Origin: an uncultured archaeon
GTDB taxonomy: Archaea; Thermoplasmatota; Penumbrarchaeia; JASLWR01
Reading direction: 5' to 3'
NCBI GenBank assembly: GCA_964342815.1
Contig: CAYFHS010000033.1
Span: forward strand, 16,597-47,871
Length of the DNA: 31,275 nucleotides
Under the pieces are notes generated by a model that saw only the letters and a program-made list of their open reading frames with translations, was not told where the DNA came from and ran no database searches. Made by a program: the position numbers and the translations under genes. Below, piece by piece: positions 9,665 to 17,859 of this stretch; the first letter of the stretch is position 1; each line of letters begins with the position of its first letter.

Positions 9665-9675
9665 CTTATATTTAT
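9665..9675 (-). promoter_or_regulatory. Probable TATA box of the small wHTH gene (leaderless spacing)
   Basis: Minus strand ATAAATATAAG located ~26-36 nt upstream of ATG 9639. Confidence 0.4.
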
Positions 9676-9836
9676 GGGAGATAAATTTTGTTACGGAAAA
9701 TAACGATGGGCATTTTTTTATGGGTAAAAATCGGGTAGATATTGAAAAAATCTCTCGTTTCATTATCTTCATTGGAGGCATCATTTAGCCGAATGAACTG
9801 CACTAAATATAACGGTTTTGGGCGATCATTGTCCCT

Positions 9837-10250
9837 TCAGGATATCGAATGATGTCCCTCCATCATTTTATTTGCTTCATGGATTTCATTGATTCTGATT
9901 CTTTTATCGTAAACAATGGCTTGAGCAAAGGCCACAGAATTGCTATGAGATAGACTAACCTGCATTACAAGATCATTTGTGTCATCTAAATTCACCTTTA
10001 CCATTGGAACACCGTTGGCATCGTTCAATATCTCGATATTTTCCACCCGCGCTTCTACTTTACGGTGTGACAGTGCCTTTACCATTGCTTCTTTTGCGCA
10101 AAACCTGGCAGCCAAATGCTTCTTTGGATCCGCTCTGCTGAAACAATATTCTATTTCATTTGGAGTGAAGATCCGCTCGAGGAACTTGCGATCATCAATT
10201 ATCTTTTGAAAACGCTCGATCTCCTCACAATCCACGCCTATGGAAATCAT
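9837..10250 (-). CDS. acpS: Holo-[acyl-carrier-protein] synthase (AcpS-type phosphopantetheinyl transferase)
   Basis: MISIGVDCEEIERF (GxD), RIFTPNEIEYC, HLAARFCAKEAMVKAL (FxxKEA), VQVSLSH-like 'MQVSLSHS'. Start moved to ATG 10250 by family length. Confidence 0.92.
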   Translation of the reverse strand: MISIGVDCEEIERFQKIIDDRKFLERIFTPNEIEYCFSRADPKKHLAARFCAKEAMVKALSHRKVEARVENIEILNDANGVPMVKVNLDDTNDLVMQVSLSHSNSVAFAQAIVYDKRIRINEIHEANKMMEGHHSIS

Positions 10251-10443
10251 CCAAACAACATCCGTTTGATAGTATCTCGCCGGTTTAAAAGAACCGAACA
10301 AAACTTATATTCTTTTTGGTCAAACATCGGGTAACGAATGACTTCGACAAATCAGAAATTATAAATATTGAGATACTATTCCAGCACGACGGTGAGCCGA
10401 TGCTAGCTAATCTCTTTGAAGAACAGAATCATGGAGATAATAA

Positions 10444-10911
10444 ATGAGATTTTTCTTGATCGATCGAGTCGAAGAAATTTGCTATGAAAAATACATCACA
10501 GCAATTAAATGCATAACCCTTTCCGATGACGTTTTCGAACATCATTTCCCACGGTACCCCGTATTTCCCGGAAGCCTGCTCATTGAAGGGTTGGCCCAAT
10601 TAAGCGGTATGTTTCTTGAATTGATTTTGAAGAAAAATCAACTTCCTCCCAAACTTTCGTTCCTCTCCATAGTGAATAAAATGAAATTCCGCAAACCCGT
10701 CCTGGCCGGTGATCGTGTTTTTATGAGGGCAGATATTGTTTCGCTGAGGGAGGATTACGGAGTCGTCAAGGTATTAGCCGAGATTGATGGCGAAGTTGTT
10801 GCCGAAGGGGAGCTTACATTCGCCTTTCTGAGCCTGGATGATGAGAAACTACATCAATCACGGATGGAATTTTATGAAATATGTATGAAAAATGCGAGAG
10901 AAGTTTCATGA
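10444..10911 (+). CDS. fabZ: FabZ/FabA-family 3-hydroxyacyl-ACP dehydratase (hotdog fold)
   Basis: 'FFLIDRV', 'HHFPRYPVFPGSLLIEGLAQ' (His/Glu dyad), 'KFRKPVLAGD'; GGAG SD upstream. Confidence 0.88.
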   Translation: MRFFLIDRVEEICYEKYITAIKCITLSDDVFEHHFPRYPVFPGSLLIEGLAQLSGMFLELILKKNQLPPKLSFLSIVNKMKFRKPVLAGDRVFMRADIVSLREDYGVVKVLAEIDGEVVAEGELTFAFLSLDDEKLHQSRMEFYEICMKNAREVS

Positions 10912-11498
10912 AAGTGACATTTGATTCTTACAAACCCGGCGAAGAAATTCCCGTGGTTCAATATCTCAAGAACAGAAAACTGAGAAAATATTTCAATCGC
11001 GAAACCGAGGCCGCCCTTGTCGGGCTTGGAAAGTTGACCCGGAAGATTGAACTAACTCCGGAAACACCGTTCTATTATGCAACCGGGGTGATGGAATATC
11101 AAGATTACGGCCTTGAGGAAATTGTCAAGAACAGTACCGATGGGACAGGTGATTTCTCTCACAAACTCTTTATTGAAGAAGCCATTCCAAGAGTATCACC
11201 GTTAAATTTATTCAAGGTACTGCAGAATATGGCATTGAGCTTTATCGCCATAGAACACAATCTTGTAGGGGATAATGCGGTCATTTATGCCTCTGCATCC
11301 GGTCTGCTACTTCTGGCTTTGCATTCTTTATCCAATAATCCAATGCTTCTGGGGGCCAGCAAAACCTATAAAGACGGAAAAGTCGAGGCCGGATTTGCAT
11401 ATGTAGTGAAGGAGGAAATTGAGAAATCTCCCTTTTTATACGGCACGGAGAAGGCAGTAGATATGTTTCGATCATGGGCAACAAACCGAGGGGATTGA
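10908..11498 (+). CDS. Truncated, catalytically dead ketosynthase-like protein (N-terminal KS half; chain-length-factor-like)
   Basis: ATGA overlap with the fabZ stop. 'SPLNLFKVLQNMALSFIAIEHNLVGDNAVIYASASG' resembles the KS 'P....M.N......I.....GPN....ACASG' with Cys replaced by Ser. The C-terminal His-His half is absent. Confidence 0.65.
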   Translation: MKVTFDSYKPGEEIPVVQYLKNRKLRKYFNRETEAALVGLGKLTRKIELTPETPFYYATGVMEYQDYGLEEIVKNSTDGTGDFSHKLFIEEAIPRVSPLNLFKVLQNMALSFIAIEHNLVGDNAVIYASASGLLLLALHSLSNNPMLLGASKTYKDGKVEAGFAYVVKEEIEKSPFLYGTEKAVDMFRSWATNRGD

Positions 11499-11500
11499 TC

Positions 11501-12706
11501 ATGGGCAGAGTGGTGATTACTGGAGTGGGAGCGGTATCCCCTATAGGAAATAACTTCGAAGAAGTAATGGAAGGGATTCGAAATGGGAAAAGGGGGATCG
11601 GGACAATTCAAAGTATTGACCCCTGTCATTTACCCGGCAATGTTGGTGCGGAAGTAAGGAAAAATGGAAAACCTCTCCTGACCGAATCTCATATTGACCG
11701 GAAAGAGATATTTATCACTCAGGCTCTAGATGAACTTATTAAAGGGTACGGAAGGATCCATCGGTACCCTCCGGAAAAGAGATTCATGCATATGGGCGCA
11801 GGGCACGATTATCTGGATCTGATCGGATATACCAATAATCACGATGAAGCCGCGGGTAATTGGATCAATTATTCAAAGAGCGGCCATATTATAGTGAAAG
11901 AGCTTTCCAAAGTTCATGAAATCAAGGGCGGATTCAGCGTCAATGTGACCACATGTGTCGCTGCCACCCAGGCCATGGGAACTTCTTTCAGGCTGCTGAA
12001 ACAGTTATCCGCAGGGAATATTATTATTACCGGTGGTTTTGATTCCGTAATCAATCATTTGCACTATATGGCTTTTTACAAACTCGGAGCCATGTCAAAC
12101 TGGAAGGGAGAGCCGGGTCATGCCTGTCGTCCTTTCGATAAAAATCGGTCCGGATTGGTTTTGGGGGAAGGAGCGGGAGTTTTTCTGCTGCAAGATGCCG
12201 AAGATATGGCTGCCGGGGAAGGTCTTGCGGAGATAGTGGGGTACAGCTCCACAATGGATGCTTACAAGGTAACGGACCCCCACCCTCAGGGAAAACATCT
12301 GGCCAGAGCTGCCGTAAATGCCATTGAAGAAGCAGGGTTGAGATCTGCCGATATTGATTGCGTGCACCTGCATGGGACCGGCACATATAAAAATGCCATT
12401 GCCGAAACGAATGCCATGCAACAGATATTTCCCGAGCGCTGGGCTGAAATCCCGGTGTTCTCCATGAAAGGACAGATCGGTCACCTAATTGGGGCATGCG
12501 GCGCCCTTGAAATGATTGGTGTGATATATTCATTAAAATATCAGCTGGTACCGCCCACCGTCAATTTCAGCGAACAGGCCCCCGAGGCCCCCCTGCTGGT
12601 CATTAAGGATAAACCTCTGGAAATGAAAATAGACCATATACTGAAATTAAATTCTGCCTTCGGAGGGCAAAACAGTGCGTTAGTGGTGAAAAGATATGTC
12701 GAATAG
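11501..12706 (+). CDS. fabF: Beta-ketoacyl-ACP synthase (FabF/FabB family)
   Basis: RVVITGVGAVSPIG; catalytic Cys in 'VTTCVAATQA'; 'CRPFDKNRSGLVLGEGAG'; His in 'HGTGT' and 'KGQIGHLIGACG'; 'NSAFGGQN'. Start set at ATG 11501, 2 nt after the upstream stop. Confidence 0.9.
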   Translation: MGRVVITGVGAVSPIGNNFEEVMEGIRNGKRGIGTIQSIDPCHLPGNVGAEVRKNGKPLLTESHIDRKEIFITQALDELIKGYGRIHRYPPEKRFMHMGAGHDYLDLIGYTNNHDEAAGNWINYSKSGHIIVKELSKVHEIKGGFSVNVTTCVAATQAMGTSFRLLKQLSAGNIIITGGFDSVINHLHYMAFYKLGAMSNWKGEPGHACRPFDKNRSGLVLGEGAGVFLLQDAEDMAAGEGLAEIVGYSSTMDAYKVTDPHPQGKHLARAAVNAIEEAGLRSADIDCVHLHGTGTYKNAIAETNAMQQIFPERWAEIPVFSMKGQIGHLIGACGALEMIGVIYSLKYQLVPPTVNFSEQAPEAPLLVIKDKPLEMKIDHILKLNSAFGGQNSALVVKRYVE

Positions 12707-13415
12707 AATCATAATTACCGGTGCCAGTTCAGATATTGGCCTGGCCATTTGCAAAGCGATCATAAAAAAGGGGGATCAGGCTGTTTTGCAGTACTACAAG
12801 AATAAAGAAAAATTAATTCCATTATGTGAGACGTTAGGGGATAGCTGTCAGATGATATCCGTAAATTTTAATGAGGGGCGCGAGCTTAGCAGGTTTTCAA
12901 AAAAACAAAACGATGTAGATATCCTGATCAATGCGGCGGCAGTTACCAAAACAGATCTCCTACCGGTCTTGAAAGATGAAGATATCATGCGCATGATCAA
13001 CGTCAATATTCTCTCCACCGTGAAAATGTGCCGAGCAGTGATACCAAGCATGGTGGCGAGGAGGAAGGGATGTATTGTCAATATTTCATCCGTGGCCGCT
13101 AAGAGAGGTATCAGAGGGCAAAACGTATATGCCGGAACGAAAGGATTCATCGAATCCTTCTGCCGGGCAATGGCTGCCGAATACGGCAGCAGAGGCATAC
13201 GTTTAAATAATGTCGCACCAGGGCCCATTGAGGCTGGAAGTTTAATGGAATTACTGGGTTACGGTAAAGATGAAGTTAAAAAAAGCATGGTTTCAAAAAG
13301 GCTTGGAACGCCTGAAGATGTGGCGGCAGCTGTGGCTTTTTTATGCAGTGACAAGGCCTCATACATAAATGGTAAAACCATCTCTGTGGATGGAGCATTT
13401 TGCAGGGGTGTTTAA
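12696..13415 (+). CDS. fabG: FabG-like SDR (3-oxoacyl-ACP reductase family), copy 1
   Basis: TGASSDIG (variant Gly motif), NISS, YAGTK (YxxxK), 'NNVAPGPI', 'RLGTPEDVA..V.FL.SD.ASYING..ISVDG'. Confidence 0.85.
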   Translation: MSNRIIITGASSDIGLAICKAIIKKGDQAVLQYYKNKEKLIPLCETLGDSCQMISVNFNEGRELSRFSKKQNDVDILINAAAVTKTDLLPVLKDEDIMRMINVNILSTVKMCRAVIPSMVARRKGCIVNISSVAAKRGIRGQNVYAGTKGFIESFCRAMAAEYGSRGIRLNNVAPGPIEAGSLMELLGYGKDEVKKSMVSKRLGTPEDVAAAVAFLCSDKASYINGKTISVDGAFCRGV

Positions 13416-13419
13416 CAAA

Positions 13420-13995
13420 ATGGCATCCAATTATGAGAATCTGAAAACTATTTGCCTGAGTAGAAGAAGTGTTAGAGAATTTGCCCAGAAAAATGTTTCC
13501 GCCGAAGACATTGAAAAGATAAAGACAATCGCTTACACCTCACCATATGCATCCAACCGAAAAAACTGGGAATTAGTTGTCGTAACAGATAATATGCAAA
13601 TCGGAAATATAGTAGATCTGGTGGGAAAAAGTATAAACGATCTTGGAATGAAGGTCAGAGAAGATTTGCGGGAAGGATTCTCACAATACGCAGCTCATTT
13701 CACCGAATTTGGAACGGCCCCTGCTTTGATCATTCCAACGTTCAGGATATCTCCGGGATTATCAGTAATGCTCAACGATCCGAAAGAGAATTTTGTCCGG
13801 TGGGAACGAGACAATTATGTAAAATCCATTTCCTGTGTGGCCATGCTGGTTCTTCTGGCGGTGGAAAGCCTGGGATTGGTCGGATGCTACATGACCGGTC
13901 CACTTCTTGCGGAGAAGGAAATCGGGGATATGATAAATATTAAAAAAGGTAGAAATATAGGAGCGATGATTCCCATAGGATATCGTCAATGGTGA
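13420..13995 (+). CDS. Nitroreductase-family FMN-binding oxidoreductase
   Basis: 'RRSVREF', 'PYASNRKNWELVVV', 'LLAVESLGLVGCYMTG', 'IPIGY'. Start set at ATG 13420, 4 nt after the fabG stop. Confidence 0.85.
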   Translation: MASNYENLKTICLSRRSVREFAQKNVSAEDIEKIKTIAYTSPYASNRKNWELVVVTDNMQIGNIVDLVGKSINDLGMKVREDLREGFSQYAAHFTEFGTAPALIIPTFRISPGLSVMLNDPKENFVRWERDNYVKSISCVAMLVLLAVESLGLVGCYMTGPLLAEKEIGDMINIKKGRNIGAMIPIGYRQW

Positions 13996-14044
13996 AAATC
14001 TCGATAATCCCCACGGGCTCATGGAGATTTGCAGCTTGACAATG

Positions 14045-14221
14045 TTCGCGGAATCGGGGCCTGCAGGTGCCTGAAGAACAAGTTCTTCTGCACCCTATTG
14101 GAATCTCTGATTCTATGTCGGGGAACTTTTTGTTCCAAAGGGCTCAGGAGTATCTTTGATGCCTCGGAATGTAAAGGGAACCCGAAGGGCCGATTCCGCT
14201 GAATACTTGGGAGGATCAAGA
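14045..14221 (+). promoter_or_regulatory. Structured intergenic element upstream of the ACP gene (candidate cis-regulatory RNA or MITE)
   Basis: Perfect 10-bp inverted repeat GCGGAATCGG (14048-57) / CCGATTCCGC (14190-99) enclosing hairpins at 14066-14094, 14101-14113, 14122-14136 and 14181-14189. Confidence 0.5.
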
Positions 14222-14222
14222 C

Positions 14223-14615
14223 ATGGATGTTGAAGATAAATTGAGGGAAATCCTGTTACCCGTTTTTGGACTGATTACTATCGATGAGATCAAACCGGAA
14301 CATTCATTTGTCAACGACCTGGAAGTGGACAGCCTTGATTTCATTGAGATCATGCACCTGATAGAAGTAAATTTTGGAGTGGTGATCACCCAGGACGAGA
14401 CCCTGATAGGAGGACTTAAAATCGACAAGGCCATGTTGTTCGAGGACGGTTTGTTAACCAGTGAAGGAGAGGGGCTGTTGAAAGAGAACTATCCCAAAAG
14501 AAAGGGCGACCTGAGATCGGGGATGACTAAAATCGACCTTTTTTCATTGATCACTGTCCAGGACCTTGCAAACATCATCAAAGAAAAGTTAAAGGCCAAA
14601 AAAGATAGTGAGTGA
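14223..14615 (+). CDS. acpP: Acyl carrier protein, extended type (130 aa)
   Basis: 'DLEVDSLDFIEIMHLIEVNFGV' with Ser37 in the DSL phosphopantetheine site; C-terminal 'ITVQDLANII'; ~50-aa insertion between them; GGGAGG SD. Confidence 0.9.
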   Translation: MDVEDKLREILLPVFGLITIDEIKPEHSFVNDLEVDSLDFIEIMHLIEVNFGVVITQDETLIGGLKIDKAMLFEDGLLTSEGEGLLKENYPKRKGDLRSGMTKIDLFSLITVQDLANIIKEKLKAKKDSE

Positions 14616-14638
14616 ACTGGCTGGTCACAGGAATTTTC

Positions 14639-15361
14639 ATGCTTAAAAACAAGATCGTATTTGTATCCGGCGGCTCCGGTTACCTGGGTTCTGCAATTTG
14701 TGAAAGGTGTGCCTATTATGGGGCAACGGTATATTTCTCATATTACAAAAATAAAGATCAAGCTGAAACAATGATGGAGCGGATCGAGGGATCGAAAGGA
14801 ATTAAGATCAACTTGAAGGACGTCCGGGATATTGAGGATAAGATAGAACAACTTCATAAAGAGATCGAAGGAGTGGATATCCTGGTGAATAACGCCGGAG
14901 TCAGTCAGATCATGCCGTTCCCCATGCTTGAAGAAGATGACGTGGATTTTATGATGGACTTGAATATCAAGGGTACGATTTTTCTTACTAAATCCATTAC
15001 CAGAAGAATGATAAAGCTCAAGCATGGTTCAATTGTCAATATTGGTTCAATTGCAGGACACCGCATGCTCGATGTGCCCGTACACTATGCTGTGACAAAG
15101 GCTGCAATGGCCGGGTTCACTTATTCTCTGGCCGCCCAGATGAAAAGGTATGGAATAAGAGTAAATTCCGTTGTCCCCGGTCTTCTGGAAGATGGGGTGT
15201 CGCGAGGAGTGCCAAAGGAGCTGCTGGAAGACTATCTGAACCACTGTTCTGTTGGCCGTCCGGGAACCGGTAAGGAAGTGGCTGAAGCGGTCTGTTTTCT
15301 GGCCTCAGACCGGGCGAGCTATATCAATGGACAGAATATCTTTGTTGATGGCGGTCTCTGA
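14639..15361 (+). CDS. fabG: FabG-like SDR (3-oxoacyl-ACP reductase family), copy 2
   Basis: SGGSGYLG, LVNNAG, NIGSIAG, YAVTK (YxxxK), 'RVNSVVPG', 'ASYINGQNIFVDGG'. Start could be GTG 14612 or ATG 14639. Confidence 0.85.
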   Translation: MLKNKIVFVSGGSGYLGSAICERCAYYGATVYFSYYKNKDQAETMMERIEGSKGIKINLKDVRDIEDKIEQLHKEIEGVDILVNNAGVSQIMPFPMLEEDDVDFMMDLNIKGTIFLTKSITRRMIKLKHGSIVNIGSIAGHRMLDVPVHYAVTKAAMAGFTYSLAAQMKRYGIRVNSVVPGLLEDGVSRGVPKELLEDYLNHCSVGRPGTGKEVAEAVCFLASDRASYINGQNIFVDGGL

Positions 15362-15376
15362 TAGAGGTTATTAATT

Positions 15377-16801
15377 ATGAAAACGGAAATCCTTCATTCT
15401 GAAACCAGGGCTTTGTGCCCTTCCTGCCGGGAGATTGTCAATGCTTCCATTATAGAAAAGGAGGGGCGGATCTACCTCAAGAAAATGTGCGAGGAGCACG
15501 GCGTTAGTTATGCTCTGACCTGTTCCGATCCCGAATGGTATCACGAGAGCACGAATTACGTGAAACCCGGCCAATCTCCCCTGGGCCTTAGTGTAAAGGA
15601 ATTCAAAGGCTGTCCAGATTCTTGCGGTCTTTGCCCGGAACATCAACAACATACATGCCTTCCAGTCATCGAAATAATGAGCGGCTGCGATATGGAGTGC
15701 CCAATATGTCTGAAAGATTTCGATAAATCCTTTCAAATGACGAAAACGGAGTTTAGAAATATCCTAAAACGGCTAAAAGCCTATGAACCGGACCTTAATG
15801 TAATTAATTTGAGCGGGGGCGAGCCGACCCTTCATCCTGAATTGGAAGAATTCCTGAAAATATCGGCAGAGGAAAACATCAACCAGGTAACTGTTTCCAC
15901 CAACGGGGTCAAATTATTAAACGACAAAAGGCTCAGGGAAGTTTTTAGGGAAACCGGTACCATTGCCTCTCTCCAGTTCGACGGTTTTCTTCCCCAAACC
16001 TATGAACGGTTGCGGGGTCGGGACCTTTATGATCAGAAAAAAAAGATCATTGCGGCCCTGGAAGAAGACAGCGTCAAATATTCTTTGGTTACCACTGTTG
16101 CCAAGAATATCAACGACCATGAGATAACGGATATTGTGGATTATTTTTTTCACTCCAAGGCTCTCAGTTTGATGTTCCAACCTGCAACTTTTACCGGTAG
16201 AGCCGCCGCCAATGACTTCGATCCCGATACGCTCCGCATCACGATCCCCGATATTGTCAGGGAGATCGAAAAAAACGAGAATGTCAAAAAGGGCGATTTC
16301 AATCCCATCCCCTGCTCTCACTATTCATGTTTTGCAGTATCATATTATTTAAAAGGTAAAGGTGACCCTGTTGGCTCCCCTAACTTGTCAGATGGTGACC
16401 TTACAAGCGATGATGAAAAGTATGTGAATATGAAGGACCTTTTGGGCCAAGACAACTTTATCAACATCCACACCAACCGCACATATCCGGGATTGGATGA
16501 AGAAGGATTTTCAATAATACAGGAGAGAATCTTTGGATTGTGGTCGGCGTCTGACTCCAGTGACGTCAATCAGAATGTTCTAAAGAGAATTCGCAGTATC
16601 TTTAACCAGCTCAATCGTGACTGTTTTTCTTCAAAAGAGGTTTTCGAAGAGGGGTCCAAATCCATGAAGAGCATATTCATTCACCAGCTCATGGATGTCC
16701 ACACTCTCGATATTGCCCGCCTGAAAAAATGCTGCAACCATTATGCTCTGGGAGACGGCCGCATAATACCAATGTGCGCCCAGAATGTTTTTTTCCAGTA
16801 A
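15377..16801 (+). CDS. Radical SAM protein of the tetraether lipid synthase (Tes/GDGT-MAS, MJ0619-like) family
   Basis: N-terminal CPSC...CEEHG; auxiliary GCPDSCGLCPEH; CDMECPIC radical SAM motif; GGEPTLH; TNG; LQFDG; FQPATFTGR; RITIPD; C-terminal 'HQLMD...D..RLKKCCNHY...GRIIPMC..N'. All match the Tes architecture as recalled. The family call is firmer than the function. Confidence 0.8.
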   Translation: MKTEILHSETRALCPSCREIVNASIIEKEGRIYLKKMCEEHGVSYALTCSDPEWYHESTNYVKPGQSPLGLSVKEFKGCPDSCGLCPEHQQHTCLPVIEIMSGCDMECPICLKDFDKSFQMTKTEFRNILKRLKAYEPDLNVINLSGGEPTLHPELEEFLKISAEENINQVTVSTNGVKLLNDKRLREVFRETGTIASLQFDGFLPQTYERLRGRDLYDQKKKIIAALEEDSVKYSLVTTVAKNINDHEITDIVDYFFHSKALSLMFQPATFTGRAAANDFDPDTLRITIPDIVREIEKNENVKKGDFNPIPCSHYSCFAVSYYLKGKGDPVGSPNLSDGDLTSDDEKYVNMKDLLGQDNFINIHTNRTYPGLDEEGFSIIQERIFGLWSASDSSDVNQNVLKRIRSIFNQLNRDCFSSKEVFEEGSKSMKSIFIHQLMDVHTLDIARLKKCCNHYALGDGRIIPMCAQNVFFQ

Positions 16802-16815
16802 TTTTATTATTCGCA

Positions 16816-17859
16816 TTAGCGCATCAGCATTATATTGTAAAATATCTTCAATACGCCCAAGGGCGAACTGCCGACGTAAGCGATATGTCCCTTGGAAGTA
16901 CTGAGATTCACATCCACATCCTTACCGCTATTTGACAGTTCTTTACGTATATTCAAGGTCTCTTCGGCTGAAATGAGCTTGTCCCCGGCTGCGTGCATCA
17001 GGAAAACCCGGGCTTTTATATCGGAGAGATATGAATTTAGGGAGAGATCCAATTTACACAATTGATCCGCCCGACTCATCCACCAATCAAAAACAGGACC
17101 CTCGGTGCTTTGCTTACCCAATCTTTTTATGAGCCTCTTCTCCTCCAGAGTGAAGTTATCCTCCCTCTTGCAGTAATCCGCCAATATCCCCTGAAGCAAA
17201 TTGGTATCATTTTGAGAAAGTTCTAGACATTCTCTTGCGCCCAAGGACAGGACAAGTCTAGCATAAATATCCGAGTCAGGATCGGTTAGTACCCTTTTCA
17301 TGAGGTTTTCCAAGGAGTAATAGGCCCCTGCCGCGAGAACAAAACCAACATTTTCCCTGACCTTTTCCATAGCTGAGAGAATTAGCCCATAGGTTGCGCC
17401 TGCCGAGAAGCCTATGATCCCGAAAAATTTGTGGTTCTTACTTATGGACTCTGCCATTTCCACCAAGGTTTCGATATCTTTGAAACGGAAGTCCAGGTTC
17501 GTCATGCCTTCAAGGTGAGGGGTATATACCTCGAAACCGCATAACGCCAGGTTATGTGCAAAATGTACAAGCCTCGGATCGTTGTAACCTTTGGGAGATA
17601 AACCATGGAGGACGAACAATGGGTACGAGCTGTTCTTTCCCGTATAGCATCGACTTTTATCAGTCCACTTATGATCAAAGTCCTTGACCCGGATTCGGTT
17701 GCGCAGGATCCTACCAAGACCGGCGTGAAGGGAAAGCATGTAAGCTGTATGAATTGCGGATCTAAATCTATCTCCCTGTTGTTTGGCCGTAATATGTTCA
17801 TCTCCTTGCTCGATTTTTCTTCCGATAATATCCCTGATTGGTGATTTAAATTTTTTCAA
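16816..17859 (-). CDS. Alpha/beta-hydrolase fold protein (possible esterase/thioesterase)
   Basis: 'VLHGLSPKGYNDPRL', nucleophile elbow GFSAG, 'MHAAGDKLIS' (Asp) and 'GHI' (His). TTG start is uncertain. Confidence 0.75.
   Translation of the reverse strand: MKKFKSPIRDIIGRKIEQGDEHITAKQQGDRFRSAIHTAYMLSLHAGLGRILRNRIRVKDFDHKWTDKSRCYTGKNSSYPLFVLHGLSPKGYNDPRLVHFAHNLALCGFEVYTPHLEGMTNLDFRFKDIETLVEMAESISKNHKFFGIIGFSAGATYGLILSAMEKVRENVGFVLAAGAYYSLENLMKRVLTDPDSDIYARLVLSLGARECLELSQNDTNLLQGILADYCKREDNFTLEEKRLIKRLGKQSTEGPVFDWWMSRADQLCKLDLSLNSYLSDIKARVFLMHAAGDKLISAEETLNIRKELSNSGKDVDVNLSTSKGHIAYVGSSPLGVLKIFYNIMLMR

Noticed and set aside
9392-9784. 130-aa minus ORF overlapping the small wHTH gene
   Set aside because: Alternative frame with no recognisable motif; the 65-aa frame has a clear HTH pattern and a TATA box.
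13993-14007. Selenocysteine read-through of the nitroreductase TGA, with the downstream hairpins as a SECIS
   Set aside because: Read-through adds only K-S-R before a TAA, and the position is not a catalytic Cys site.
14019-14219. 66-aa minus ORF in the operon gap
   Set aside because: No SD or motif and opposite to the operon; the region is better explained by RNA structure.
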